Shown: positions 30,825 through 40,351, numbered from the whole stretch's first letter. The stretch: DNA of 63,016 nt, filler included, from Nitrospirota bacterium (GCA_011620345.1; 9 parts of 9 records of this genome joined end to end with filler, not necessarily neighbours in it), one strand, 5' to 3'. Numbers and translations: made by a program. Notes: generated by a model from the sequence alone, not told the origin.

Positions 30825-30982
30825 AAGCGACTGAGAAGGGGGGCTGAAAGCCCTTGGAGTCCTAAACCTTGATCGTTACCTCGTTACCCTGCGCCGATAA
30901 CCTCGACGACCTCGTGGCTAGCGGGTTCGTCGTGCCTATCTTTCGGGTTTACGACATTCCCGATGTTATACACTACAGCCCG

Positions 30983-31201
30983 TCCAACGAAAACCTTACG
31001 CCGCCCGAGACCCACTACCGGCCCGTAAAAGAAGAAGAAATGGGAGAGTTCCCGAACGTAACCGTGAGGTTTTTGCCAAGGCCTTGCATGCAGTGCGAGA
31101 ACTCTCCCTGTACGAAGGTCTGTCCCGTCAAGGCCACCTACCATAGGCCAGACGGGATCATCGCCATGGACTACGAAAAATGCATCGGCTGCAAGTACTG
31201 C
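30983..31201 (+). pseudogene. Fragment of DmsB/NrfC-type 4Fe-4S protein
   Basis: [19 protein letters not shown]...CIGCKYC; first Cys cluster is missing and homology ends in mid-motif, just before the convergent gene. Confidence 0.75.
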
Positions 31202-31210
31202 ACCTATTTC

Positions 31211-32710
31211 CTAGGCCTTTGCTATCACTTCCTGGCTAGCTCGGCTCCTCCCGGCCCTGTCTATGACGCGGACCTGGTAGGTATGGGCGGTTTCCTTGGC
31301 AAGCGCGTCCGTCACGAAGAATGATTCCAGGCTGGTTTGAGGGACAGCCTGAACCCGCTTGAAAGGCTTGCCGTCTTTTAGGATCTCGTAGAAAGCGAGC
31401 GGCTCGTCACCGGCGTATGCGGTATTCCAAAGAATGCGTACATCCAGGTCTTTCTTGCCGTAGGGCATGTCCAGCTCGACCCTTGCGTTCTTAGGCGCGC
31501 TAAGCCCTTCGTAGGGCCTTTGGAAGTAGTTCGTCGCATTGCCCAGCGCATCTTTGGCCCGGCCCTCGATTGAGCGCAGTTCGGCTTCGGAGAGCGGACC
31601 TTTGAGTTGCGCGGCCTGGATGTTGGCCAGCAGTTGCCGCTCGTTGCCGATCCCCATGATCGCCGTATCCACGCCGGGGATGCTCAAGGAATACCGAACG
31701 GCGAGCTTCGAGGGAAAGGCGTCAGATCCGATTGTGTGGACGACGTCCGAGGGCGCGCTGGAAAATCTTGGAGTCTTGCCGTAAAACGCCCCGTCCGCAA
31801 ACACCTTCATAGCGATGACTCCCATCCCCTTGGCCTTGGCAAGCGGAATGGCGTTGTACTGGTGGTTAAAGTAGAGCCTGTCGTTTGCGTTGATCGCGAC
31901 AAGGAGCGTATCGAGAATCCCTCGGGAATCCTTTTGAATGGCGTACATATGGGCGGGCGAATTCCAGTGCCCCGTAATGCCTATATGCCCGATTAATCGC
32001 TCGTTGCCAGGGTTGAACCCCGTGCGGTTCGTCCCGTCGCGCAGGTCTAAAAGCCCTGCGAGCGCGCCAACAGGCCCTGCCTTGGGGTCTGGGTTCTCCA
32101 AGCCGGCATAGATCGCATCGACATGCTCAAAGCTCTGGATGTTATGGATCTGGACAAGGTCCAGGTAGGCACCTTTAGGGTAATCGCCCCTGCCATCCCC
32201 GAAGATCAAAGAGAGCGAACGCTTGACATCGTCTATGGCGCCCCTGACGCCTTCTCCGTTCGAGCGCGAGCCCGGGCCCAAATCGCCTTCGAACGGCGCC
32301 GTATAGCGCATCATCGTCTTACTTGCCAAAAAGATCTTGCGTCTCAGGGGTTCGTTGTAGACTGGCTCACCGGGGATCAGATCGAGCTTTTGAAAGGCCT
32401 TGCCGAAGTTTGCCTGGCTTGGACCGTAGACGTTCGAGGTGTCGAGGTAGGTCGTACCGAGCATGATCGCCTTCGCGATGAGCGCCACGGGGTCGATCCC
32501 CTCGGGCGTCCACTGGAGTGAGGCTTGGCCGCCCAAACCAAATGTCGTAACGGCTCGGTTCGTTTTTCCCAGCGTTCGGGTAACTAGCGCCCTTGGCCCC
32601 TCTGTCGCCGAGGCAATTCCCCCGAAGAGGTCCCATGGCCTAGCGACCAGGACCGTTCCCAGTCCCAAGCCGTATCCAAAAAACTTCCTCCTTGGCATTC
32701 CCTTGTCCAT
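31211..32710 (-). CDS. Tat-signal aldo/keto reductase with C-terminal FN3-like domain
   Basis: PRRKFF twin-Arg; [28 protein letters not shown]; tail W..AY....Y...[12 protein letters not shown]. Confidence 0.78.
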   Translation of the reverse strand: MDKGMPRRKFFGYGLGLGTVLVARPWDLFGGIASATEGPRALVTRTLGKTNRAVTTFGLGGQASLQWTPEGIDPVALIAKAIMLGTTYLDTSNVYGPSQANFGKAFQKLDLIPGEPVYNEPLRRKIFLASKTMMRYTAPFEGDLGPGSRSNGEGVRGAIDDVKRSLSLIFGDGRGDYPKGAYLDLVQIHNIQSFEHVDAIYAGLENPDPKAGPVGALAGLLDLRDGTNRTGFNPGNERLIGHIGITGHWNSPAHMYAIQKDSRGILDTLLVAINANDRLYFNHQYNAIPLAKAKGMGVIAMKVFADGAFYGKTPRFSSAPSDVVHTIGSDAFPSKLAVRYSLSIPGVDTAIMGIGNERQLLANIQAAQLKGPLSEAELRSIEGRAKDALGNATNYFQRPYEGLSAPKNARVELDMPYGKKDLDVRILWNTAYAGDEPLAFYEILKDGKPFKRVQAVPQTSLESFFVTDALAKETAHTYQVRVIDRAGRSRASQEVIAKA

Positions 32711-32719
32711 GGTGCTCTC

Positions 32720-33568
32720 CTATGGAGTTGGATCGTAGGCTTCAAAAGCGACGACGACGAGCGTGATGTTGTCGTGTCCCCCCCGGGTGTTGGCCATGTT
32801 TACAAGCTCCGTGGCGATAAGGGGAGCAACCCTGAGCCTGTTGGCCACGTCGGCAACCTCGCCCGGAGGAACGAGATCGCTAAGGCCGTCCGAACAAAGG
32901 ACCAGGCAGCCCTCTCTAGGGATCTCGAACACGCCCGTTTCGGGCTCGATCGTATCGGGGGGCGAGATGCCGAGCGCCTGGAGAAGCACGCCCGTCGCCG
33001 GGTCTTCCTGCTCGTGGGCTAGCTTTGTAGCCCCTGTTTCGTCTACCCAAAGCATGGCAGAATCTCCGACGTTCAAAAAAACGACCGCATCGCCAACGAC
33101 AAGCGCCAACACGAGCGTCGTCCCCATCATCCAAGCAGGCCTTCTGCGCCCCAAAGCAAGGTTTTCTTTGTAAATCTTGTAGGCAAGCCCAAAGCAAATC
33201 CTTCGGATGCGGTTACCCACGCAGGCTGGAAGGCCCGACTCTGGGCCTTTGAATACATCGAGGGGCTTAAGGAGGGCATCGAGCAAGTGACGCTGAAGCT
33301 TGTCCGCTACCAAAGGCCGGCTTGGTTCAGTGTCACCGAGCAGCGGGAACACCTCGGAAACCGGAAGGCCCTCTAGGTACTCCTGCCCCAGAATGGCGGC
33401 GCGCTCACCCTCTGGGTGCCCCCCAAGCCCGTCTAGCACGGCGTAGAGCCCAAGCGGCAGGATACGGCTACCGTCGTCGAGCGTTCGAATGACGTATCGG
33501 TCCTCATTTTTAGCCCTGCGCTTGCCTTGGTCTGTCAAGCAGCTCGTCTGGATGCGAAACCGTTTCAT
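32720..33568 (-). CDS. PP2C-family Ser/Thr phosphatase
   Basis: RAKNED, DGLGG, MGTT, NVGDS, LCSDGL, GGHDNIT. Confidence 0.9.
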   Translation of the reverse strand: MKRFRIQTSCLTDQGKRRAKNEDRYVIRTLDDGSRILPLGLYAVLDGLGGHPEGERAAILGQEYLEGLPVSEVFPLLGDTEPSRPLVADKLQRHLLDALLKPLDVFKGPESGLPACVGNRIRRICFGLAYKIYKENLALGRRRPAWMMGTTLVLALVVGDAVVFLNVGDSAMLWVDETGATKLAHEQEDPATGVLLQALGISPPDTIEPETGVFEIPREGCLVLCSDGLSDLVPPGEVADVANRLRVAPLIATELVNMANTRGGHDNITLVVVAFEAYDPTP

Positions 33569-34560
33569 GCCTGGAGTGGGTCAAGCCCGAGCGCCCGAAC
33601 CATCCGAAGCGTCCTTGAGCCCTCTTGCCCCTTTGCCGTAAGGTAATCACCCAAGAAGGCCGAATCGGCAACTAGAAACCCAAGAGGTTCGAGCACGCCT
33701 AAGTGCAGATCCCTTCCCGCCGCCAAACGAACCTCGGTAGCAGGCAAAAGAAGGCGGAGAACGCAGAGCACGCGAAGGCATTGTTCTGGCTTAAGAGACG
33801 GCGCACCCTCCAGCGGCGTTCCCGGGATGGGGATCAAAAAGTTCACGGGGATCGCGTCCGGCTTGAGTTCTGCAAGGTCTTGTAGCAACCCCGCGAGCTC
33901 TTTTAGGCTCTCGCCTAGCCCCACGATGAACCCGCAGCACAGCTCGAGCCCTCTTTCCTTGACGCGCCTTGCCATTTGGAGCCTGTCTTCGTAGGTATGG
34001 CTCGAGCAGATCCTTGGGTAGACCTCTCTTGGGGCGTTGAGGTTGTGGTTGATGCGGTCGAGCCCGCAGGCCTTTAAAAAATCGAGCGCGGCATCGTCTA
34101 GGAAGCCCGAGGAAAAGCAGGTCTTGAGGTCGAGATCGCGCGCCATGAAAGAAACGGCCTCCCCAATCGCTCGCAAATCAGCCTCTATGGCACCCCGCCT
34201 GGCGATCGCCATGCAAAAACGGTAAGCTCCGCTTGCCTGCGCCTCTTTGGCGCTAGCGATGAGCTCGCTTGCCTTGAGCGGCGCCGAGGGCATAACGACC
34301 GTAGGAAACTTGGAAGACTGGCCGCAGTAGGAGCAATCCTCGCTGCAACCGCCCTTCTTGGCGTTTTCTAAGACATGGAGCTTGAAGCTGTTCCCAAAAT
34401 GCGCCCTCCTTAACCGGATAGCCTCTTTGAGGATGGGCTTGAGCGGCGTTTTTGGGTCCAGGAGGGCTTCGATAAAGCTGGTGCCGAGGGCCGGAATCGA
34501 ACCGGCACGGAGGAACCCTCCGAGGGATTTTAAGTCCCTTGCGTCTACCTGTTCCGCCAC
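33565..34560 (-). CDS. bioB: Biotin synthase (start codon lies inside tRNA-Leu)
   Basis: NAKKGGCSEDCSYCGQS, RFC, NHNL, CCGFIVGLGE, PVNFLIPIPGTPL, RLAAGR, GDYLT; product confident, start uncertain. Confidence 0.85.
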   Translation of the reverse strand: MAEQVDARDLKSLGGFLRAGSIPALGTSFIEALLDPKTPLKPILKEAIRLRRAHFGNSFKLHVLENAKKGGCSEDCSYCGQSSKFPTVVMPSAPLKASELIASAKEAQASGAYRFCMAIARRGAIEADLRAIGEAVSFMARDLDLKTCFSSGFLDDAALDFLKACGLDRINHNLNAPREVYPRICSSHTYEDRLQMARRVKERGLELCCGFIVGLGESLKELAGLLQDLAELKPDAIPVNFLIPIPGTPLEGAPSLKPEQCLRVLCVLRLLLPATEVRLAAGRDLHLGVLEPLGFLVADSAFLGDYLTAKGQEGSRTLRMVRALGLDPLQA

Positions 34561-34566
34561 CCCGGC
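34479..34566 (-). tRNA. tRNA-Leu (anticodon TAA)
   Basis: 88 nt; acceptor GCCGGGG/CCTCGGC-A-CCA, anticodon arm AGGGA-CTTAAAA-TCCCT, variable arm CGGAGG/CCTCCG, T arm GCCGG-TTCGATT-CCGGC. Confidence 0.96.
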
Positions 34567-34567
34567 A

Positions 34568-34574
34568 ACCTCCT
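34568..34574 (-). promoter_or_regulatory. Shine-Dalgarno-like AGGAGGT immediately 5' of tRNA-Leu
   Basis: 7-nt complement of the anti-SD; GGAGG ends 8 nt before the GTG at 34560. Confidence 0.6.
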
Positions 34575-34585
34575 GTTTTGTTTGT

Positions 34586-36028
34586 CTACACGGCGGCGTA
34601 TTGGAGCCTGAGCCCCTTTTTGGCCACGAGATAGTCGTGAATCCCCTTGGCTGCGACCTTTGCCTGCCCCATTGCAGAAATAACGGTCGAACCTCCCGTG
34701 ATGACGTCCCCCGCCGCGAACAACCCGGGGATAGAACTCATGCCCGTTTCGGTGTTCACGACGACGATGCCGCTTTTGGTCAGTTCGAGCCCGGGCGTCG
34801 AGCGGGTAACCAAGGGGTTGATATCGCAGCCGAGCGCTATGATCGCCGTATCACACTCTATGGTCCAGTTGGAACCCTCGATCGGGATGGGCCGGCGCCT
34901 ACCCGAGCTATCCGGCTCCCCCAATGCCATTTCCATGACCTCGATCGCCTTGAGCTTGTAATGGCTATCCCCGATGAATCGAACAGGGCTTGTCAAAAAG
35001 CACGTCTTGACGCCCTCTTCTTCGGCGTGATGGAGCTCTTCTACCCTGCAGGGCGCCTCGGCCCGTGAGCGCCTGTATACGAGCGTGACCGCCTCGGGCT
35101 GAAGCCGGATAGAAGTTCTGGCCCCGTCCATGGCCGCGTCGCCAGCGCCGATGACGACGATGTTCTTTCCGTACTCGATCGGCGTTGCATAGGCCGGGAA
35201 CAAATCCGCTCGCATGAGGTTGAGCCTCGTGAGCCATTCATTGGCCGAGTAGACGCCCACAAGGTTCTCGCCCGGGATTCCGAGCATTTTTGGAAGCCCC
35301 GCACCCGTTCCTAGCAAGATGGAATCGTAGCCCATCTTAAAGATATCTTCGATACTCAGGGCCTTGCCGATAACGGCGTCTTTAAATATCTCCACGCCAA
35401 GGTATTCGAGCGCCTTCAGCTCGGACTCGATGACGTCCGAGGGGAGGCGAAACCGCGGGATGCCATAGTAGAGAACACCGCCAGGCTTGTGCATCGCTTC
35501 AAAAAGCGTCACCCGATGGCCCAAGCGGGCAAGCTCGAAGGCACCCGTGATGCCGGCCGGGCCGGACCCCACGATTGCCACGCTGCAACCGGTCGAAGCC
35601 CCCGGCTTGGGGAGCTCCACACGCCCGGAGAGCCTCTCGAAATCGGCCACGAACCGCTCGATCTTACCGATGCTTACGGGCTCGGTGCGCCTTCCGATCA
35701 CGCAGCTCTGTTCGCATTGCTTTTCTTGAGGGCAGACCCTTCCGCATATGGCGGGCAAGATGTTCTTTTCTTTCAAAACGTGGGCCGCCTCGAGAATCGC
35801 GCCTTCGCCCACCAATTTGACAAACCTAGGGATGTCGATGCCGACAGGGCAGCCCGCAACACAGGAAGGCTTCGGGCATTCGATGCAACGGAGCGCCTCC
35901 TCCTTGGCCTCCTCGAGGCCAAACCCAAGGCACACCTCCTCGAAATTTCGGCTTCGAACCCCTGGCGATTGCTCTGGCGCCTTGTGGCGCGGAATCTTGA
36001 TGCGATCTTTTATGCTTAGGCCTGACAT
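34586..36028 (-). CDS. nfnB: NfnB/SudA (GltD-like) subunit of NADH-dependent ferredoxin:NADP oxidoreductase
   Basis: RCIEC....CVAGCP, CGRVCPQEKQCE, GSGPAG, YGIPRFRLP, YRR, FAAGDV. Confidence 0.88.
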   Translation of the reverse strand: MSGLSIKDRIKIPRHKAPEQSPGVRSRNFEEVCLGFGLEEAKEEALRCIECPKPSCVAGCPVGIDIPRFVKLVGEGAILEAAHVLKEKNILPAICGRVCPQEKQCEQSCVIGRRTEPVSIGKIERFVADFERLSGRVELPKPGASTGCSVAIVGSGPAGITGAFELARLGHRVTLFEAMHKPGGVLYYGIPRFRLPSDVIESELKALEYLGVEIFKDAVIGKALSIEDIFKMGYDSILLGTGAGLPKMLGIPGENLVGVYSANEWLTRLNLMRADLFPAYATPIEYGKNIVVIGAGDAAMDGARTSIRLQPEAVTLVYRRSRAEAPCRVEELHHAEEEGVKTCFLTSPVRFIGDSHYKLKAIEVMEMALGEPDSSGRRRPIPIEGSNWTIECDTAIIALGCDINPLVTRSTPGLELTKSGIVVVNTETGMSSIPGLFAAGDVITGGSTVISAMGQAKVAAKGIHDYLVAKKGLRLQYAAV

Positions 36029-36861
36029 GGGCTCTGCTCCTTTTGTTTGAGGTACTCCTCCAGCGCCATACGCTCTTTTCCGGCGTACATCCGCTGCCTG
36101 GCAACAAGCTCGTCGTAGTCTACGTCATGGCCGCTGAATTCCGGCCCGTGGATGCATGAAAACTTCGTCTCCCCGCCCACCGTGACCCGGCAGGCCCCAC
36201 ACATGCCCGTACCGTCCACCATCAGCGTGTTGAGGCTGACCATCGTCGGGATTCCGATAGGTTTTGTCATGTCAGAAACGGCCCGCATCATCGGAACCGG
36301 CCCGACGGCGACGACGTAATGCACCGGCTCATCCTCGAGAATGCCCTTCAGCGCGTCCGTTACGAGCCCTTGCATGCCGGCGCTGCCGTCGTTGGTCGTA
36401 ATAAGCAATCTATCAAGAGCCGCTTCAAGCCTGTCCGCGAAGATGAGCAACTCTTTCGTTCTGGCCCCGACGATGCCGTAAACCTTGTTGCCTAGCTCTT
36501 TGAGCTTCCTTCCCATCGGGAGGATCGCCCCGGACCCATAGCCTCCGCCGATCAGAACGCACGTTCCAAACTTTTCGGCGTGGGTTGGAACCCCCAAGGG
36601 CCCTACGACGTCCAAAAAGCTATCCCCTGCTTGCAAGTCGTAGATCTCGTAGCTCGTCCTGCCGACGGCCTGTACAATCAGCTCGAGCGTGCCGGCCTCG
36701 CGGTCAAACCCGCAGATGGACAGGGGAATCCGCTCGCCCTTTTCGTCCACCCGGACGATTACGAACTGGCCCGGCTGCACCTTTCGGGCAACCAACGGGG
36801 CCTCAATTTTAATATGGACCGTTTTTGGTGCAATCTCTTGGCGTGTAAAGATTTGGAACAC
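36016..36861 (-). CDS. nfnA: NfnA/SudB subunit
   Basis: PGQFVIVR..EKGERIPL, VVGPLG, GPVPMM, MVDGTGMCGACRV; GTG start after GAAGGAG. Confidence 0.9.
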   Translation of the reverse strand: MFQIFTRQEIAPKTVHIKIEAPLVARKVQPGQFVIVRVDEKGERIPLSICGFDREAGTLELIVQAVGRTSYEIYDLQAGDSFLDVVGPLGVPTHAEKFGTCVLIGGGYGSGAILPMGRKLKELGNKVYGIVGARTKELLIFADRLEAALDRLLITTNDGSAGMQGLVTDALKGILEDEPVHYVVAVGPVPMMRAVSDMTKPIGIPTMVSLNTLMVDGTGMCGACRVTVGGETKFSCIHGPEFSGHDVDYDELVARQRMYAGKERMALEEYLKQKEQSPCQA

Positions 36862-37020
36862 CGCATGGACTCCTTCTGGCGGGTTTGGTTCAAATGGGGT
36901 AGAATGAACTGCCCTATTAAATAAAGAAACGATGGCATTGGCCTTTGCAATATTTTGAGATTTTGAGTTTATTGTAGCAGGTCTGTCCAACCCTTGACAA
37001 CGCGGTCGTTTTACTATGGC

Positions 37021-37049
37021 TTTACAAGGGCGCTCGATCGGGCTACATT
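37021..37049 (+). promoter_or_regulatory. Putative sigma70 promoter of the tRNA pair
   Basis: TTTACA-N17-TACATT, 22 nt before tRNA-Glu. Confidence 0.5.
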
Positions 37050-37071
37050 AAAAGGGCAACCGCTACATCTC

Positions 37072-37148
37072 GTCCCCATCGTCTAGACGGCCCAGGACAC
37101 AGGCCTTTCAAGCCTGAAACGGGGGTTCGAATCCCCCTGGGGACGCCA
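37072..37148 (+). tRNA. tRNA-Glu (anticodon TTC)
   Basis: GTCCCCA/TGGGGAC-G-CCA; anticodon arm CAGGC-CTTTCAA-GCCTG; GGTTCGAATCC. Confidence 0.96.
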
Positions 37149-37152
37149 TTTT

Positions 37153-37227
37153 GGGCCGTTAGCTCAGTGGCAGAGCATCTGCCTTTTAAGCAGAGGGTCG
37201 CTGGTTCGAATCCAGCACGGCTCACCA
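37153..37227 (+). tRNA. tRNA-Lys (anticodon TTT)
   Basis: GGGCCGT/ACGGCTC-A-CCA; anticodon arm TCTGC-CTTTTAA-GCAGA; GGTTCGAATCC. Confidence 0.96.
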
Positions 37228-37241
37228 TTCTCTTTTTTCAT

Positions 37242-37341
37242 NNNNNNNNNNNNNNNNNNNNNNNNNNNNNNNNNNNNNNNNNNNNTTAATTAATTAANNN
37301 NNNNNNNNNNNNNNNNNNNNNNNNNNNNNNNNNNNNNNNNN
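37242..37341. other. Artificial contig spacer
   Basis: 100 bp of N with TTAATTAATTAA. Confidence 0.99.
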
Positions 37342-37526
37342 CCTTGAGCCCGGCTTAGCGGCATCCTCTTTGGGCCCGGGATACAGGTCGGTCAACTCTA
37401 TGGCCTAGGATAGCCCGCATTGGGTGTGCTTGGGCTTTTTGGTCGAGGCCTGGTAAAGCGCTATGTATGAGGCCAGGTCTTCGGTGTGCCTCCAAGCCTC
37501 TATCGCCGCCTTCTTTAAAGCCTCGT

Positions 37527-39143
37527 TTATACGATTCCGCTCAGGTAGCGATCTCGCAGGATCCTCTTGGAAAACTTTCCCACAGATGTTTTTGGAATCT
37601 CGCTGACGAAATAAAACGCTCCAGGAATCCAGAAGCTTGCCACGCGATCTTTTAAGAAGCTTGCGAGCTCTTCTTTGGTCAGGCTCCCTTGAAAGCCCTT
37701 TCGTGCGACTATGTAGGCAACGGGACACTCCCCCCATTTTTCGTCCGGCACACCGATGACGCACGCCTCGGCGACTTTTGGGTGGGCCATGAGCGTGTTT
37801 TCCAAATCGAGGGAAGAAACCCACTCTCCGCCCGACTTGATGAGGTCTCGTTCCCTATCGACTATGAGAATGTAGCCTTCTTCGTCCACCGTGACGATAT
37901 CCTGCGTCCGGAACCAACCGTCCGCAGTAAAGCTTGCCTTGGTCATCTCGGGGTCCTTGAAGTATTCTTTCGCAATCCATGGCCCTCGAAACTGTAGCTC
38001 GCCGATCTCTTTGCCGTTCCATGCGATTTCTTTGCCGTCCGGCCCGACGACGCGGAAATCCACGCCAAAAAGAGGGAGCCCTTGCTTGGCCTTGATGCTC
38101 AAAAGCTCATCGTAGGGAAGCTCTCTAAGGCCGCTCTTAATCCAGCCCACCGTCACGATCGGAGAGGTCTCCGTCATCCCATAGCCTTGCATGATGGGTA
38201 CGCCGATCTTTTTTTCGAACGTTTCGATCAGGGCCTTTGGAATAGCCGCCCCGCCGTTCACAATGACCCGGAGCGAGGAAACGTCGTGCCGCTCGTTCAA
38301 AAGCGTATCGGCCATGCCCACCCATACCGTTGGCAGGCCGGCCACTGTCGTGACTCGTTCGGCCTCGATCAGCTCCACGAGGTCTTTGGGTGTAGGCTTA
38401 GGGCCCGGCAGGACGATATTGGCGCCGACCCCCACTGCGGCGAACGGGATCCCCCAGCCATTCACGTGGAACATGGGGACGACGGGCATGACCACGTCCG
38501 ACTCCGAGAGCCCGGCCGAGTCCACCATTCCGGTGGCCATCGAGTGCAGGAAAAGCCCCCTGTGCGTGTAAATCACCCCTTTGGGGTTGCCCGACGTGGC
38601 CGTCGTGTAGCACAGCCCGCAGGGCGTCCACTCGGAGAGGTCCTGCCTTGGTTCGATGGGTCCTGCCGTTTCAAGCAGCGTCTCGTAGTTGAGAGCGCCC
38701 TCCAAGTCTTCCGGAACCGCATTCTCTTTTTCGGCCAATACGACGAACCGCTCCACGTTGGGCAGTTTGTCTATGAAGGGCTTGAGCAAGGGCAAGATAT
38801 CGTCCCCCACGAAAATCACCTTGTCTTCGGCGTGATTGATAATGTAGGCGAGCTGGTCGGGGAACAGTCGGAGGTTGATCGTATGGAGGATGGCGCCAAG
38901 CATGGGTACGGCGAAGTAAATCTCCAGGTGCCTGAAGTCGTTCCAGGCGAACGTCCCGACAACATCGCCCTCCTTTACTCCCATGCCTTTGAGCGCCCCC
39001 ATCAAACGAAGCACCCGCCCGGCGAAATCGGCGTAAGTATACCGGAAGACCCCTTCAAGCGTCCTGCTCGCGATTTGTTTTTTGGCAAAGAGCTTCCGGC
39101 CGCGATTAAACAAATGACTCAAAAGCAACGGGTACTCCATCAT
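37527..39143 (-). CDS. Medium/long-chain fatty acid-CoA ligase
   Basis: [51 protein letters not shown]. Confidence 0.93.
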   Translation of the reverse strand: MMEYPLLLSHLFNRGRKLFAKKQIASRTLEGVFRYTYADFAGRVLRLMGALKGMGVKEGDVVGTFAWNDFRHLEIYFAVPMLGAILHTINLRLFPDQLAYIINHAEDKVIFVGDDILPLLKPFIDKLPNVERFVVLAEKENAVPEDLEGALNYETLLETAGPIEPRQDLSEWTPCGLCYTTATSGNPKGVIYTHRGLFLHSMATGMVDSAGLSESDVVMPVVPMFHVNGWGIPFAAVGVGANIVLPGPKPTPKDLVELIEAERVTTVAGLPTVWVGMADTLLNERHDVSSLRVIVNGGAAIPKALIETFEKKIGVPIMQGYGMTETSPIVTVGWIKSGLRELPYDELLSIKAKQGLPLFGVDFRVVGPDGKEIAWNGKEIGELQFRGPWIAKEYFKDPEMTKASFTADGWFRTQDIVTVDEEGYILIVDRERDLIKSGGEWVSSLDLENTLMAHPKVAEACVIGVPDEKWGECPVAYIVARKGFQGSLTKEELASFLKDRVASFWIPGAFYFVSEIPKTSVGKFSKRILRDRYLSGIV

Positions 39144-39655
39144 GATTTATTCCTCCCGTGTTGTATGCATAACATAATTCTTATTGTATAAGCTTTCAGC
39201 AGCGCATCAAAGCATTCCAAGGTCTCGATATTCATCCCTGCGAAGCTTTAAATCAAGGACGCCGTTTGGTTTGCAGAGGGCTACAGGCAACGTTCGGCAA
39301 GAAACCGGAGCAATGAGCCGCTCGATCCGAGCTCGAGCGCTGGTGGATCGAGGAAGTAGAGCAAGAATGGAAGCTATGCTTTGGTCGCTACAATGCTCCA
39401 GGCGATTGCATCGTGACATCAACTGGCATTATTATTCATGTTGTTGGCAAGATGGGTGTGGCCATCAAGCCCATCATTGAAGAGGCATCGACCCATGGGT
39501 ACCCAGCGATCCACGGCTTTGAGCCAACATCAAGGGGTTTTACAAGGGCTGGCTTGGCCTTGAGGTGCCCGAACGCAACAATGGATAGAATGGCAGGGTG
39601 CATAGATTTGCCAATGTATACTCTTGACCCACGTAATCAACAGGGCGGTTGAACG

Positions 39656-40351
39656 ATGAACAAGGTTTACAGCACGGCTGCCGAGGCTATCGCCGACATC
39701 CCGGACGAGGCGACGATCATGGTCGGGGGGTTTGGCCTCTGCGGCATCCCCGAGAACCTGATTTTGGCGCTCCACGACAAAGGCGTCAAAGGCCTCACCG
39801 TCATCTCGAACAACTGCGGCGTCGACGACTTCGGCCTTGGCATCCTGCTTCAGGCCCGCCAGATCAAGAAAATGGTCTCAAGCTACGTCGGGGAAAACAA
39901 AGAGTTCGAGCGCCAGTACCTCTCTGGCGAGCTGGAGCTCGAGTTCAACCCTCAAGGCACGCTGGCAGAACGCATCCGGGCCGGAGGGGCGGGCATTCCC
40001 GCGTTCTTCGTGCCCGCCGGTACGGGCACGATCCTTGCCCAAGACAAGGAAACAAGGGCGTTTGAAGGCAAAGAGCACGTGATGGAGACGGCCCTCAAGG
40101 CCGACTTCGCGCTCGTCAAGGCGTTCAAGGGCGATAAGGAGGGCAACCTGATCTACAAGAAGGCGGCCAGGAACTTCAATCCCATGATGGCCGCGGCGGC
40201 AAGGGTGACGATCGCCGAGGTGGAGGAGCTCGTAGAAATCGGCGAGCTCGACCCGGACTTCATCCACACGCCGGGCATTTATGTCCGGCGGATTCTTAAG
40301 GGCGAGCGCTACGAGAAACGGATCGAGAGGAGGACCCTAAGGTGCGCTTAA
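39656..40351 (+). CDS. scoA: 3-oxoacid CoA-transferase subunit A
   Basis: [38 protein letters not shown]. Confidence 0.93.
   Translation: MNKVYSTAAEAIADIPDEATIMVGGFGLCGIPENLILALHDKGVKGLTVISNNCGVDDFGLGILLQARQIKKMVSSYVGENKEFERQYLSGELELEFNPQGTLAERIRAGGAGIPAFFVPAGTGTILAQDKETRAFEGKEHVMETALKADFALVKAFKGDKEGNLIYKKAARNFNPMMAAAARVTIAEVEELVEIGELDPDFIHTPGIYVRRILKGERYEKRIERRTLRCA

Noticed and set aside
34586-36028. Glutamate synthase small subunit (gltD) call
   Set aside because: It is paired with an NfnA/SudB gene and no gltB is adjacent, so NfnB is the better call.
37043-37228. 61-aa ORF over tRNA-Glu and tRNA-Lys
   Set aside because: Antisense to the tRNAs with no protein motif, unlike the sense-strand bioB case.
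38082-39191. Long antisense ORFs (this 369-aa one, also 42412-43368 and 4022-4921)
   Set aside because: Shadow frames of GC-rich genes with no recognisable motifs.
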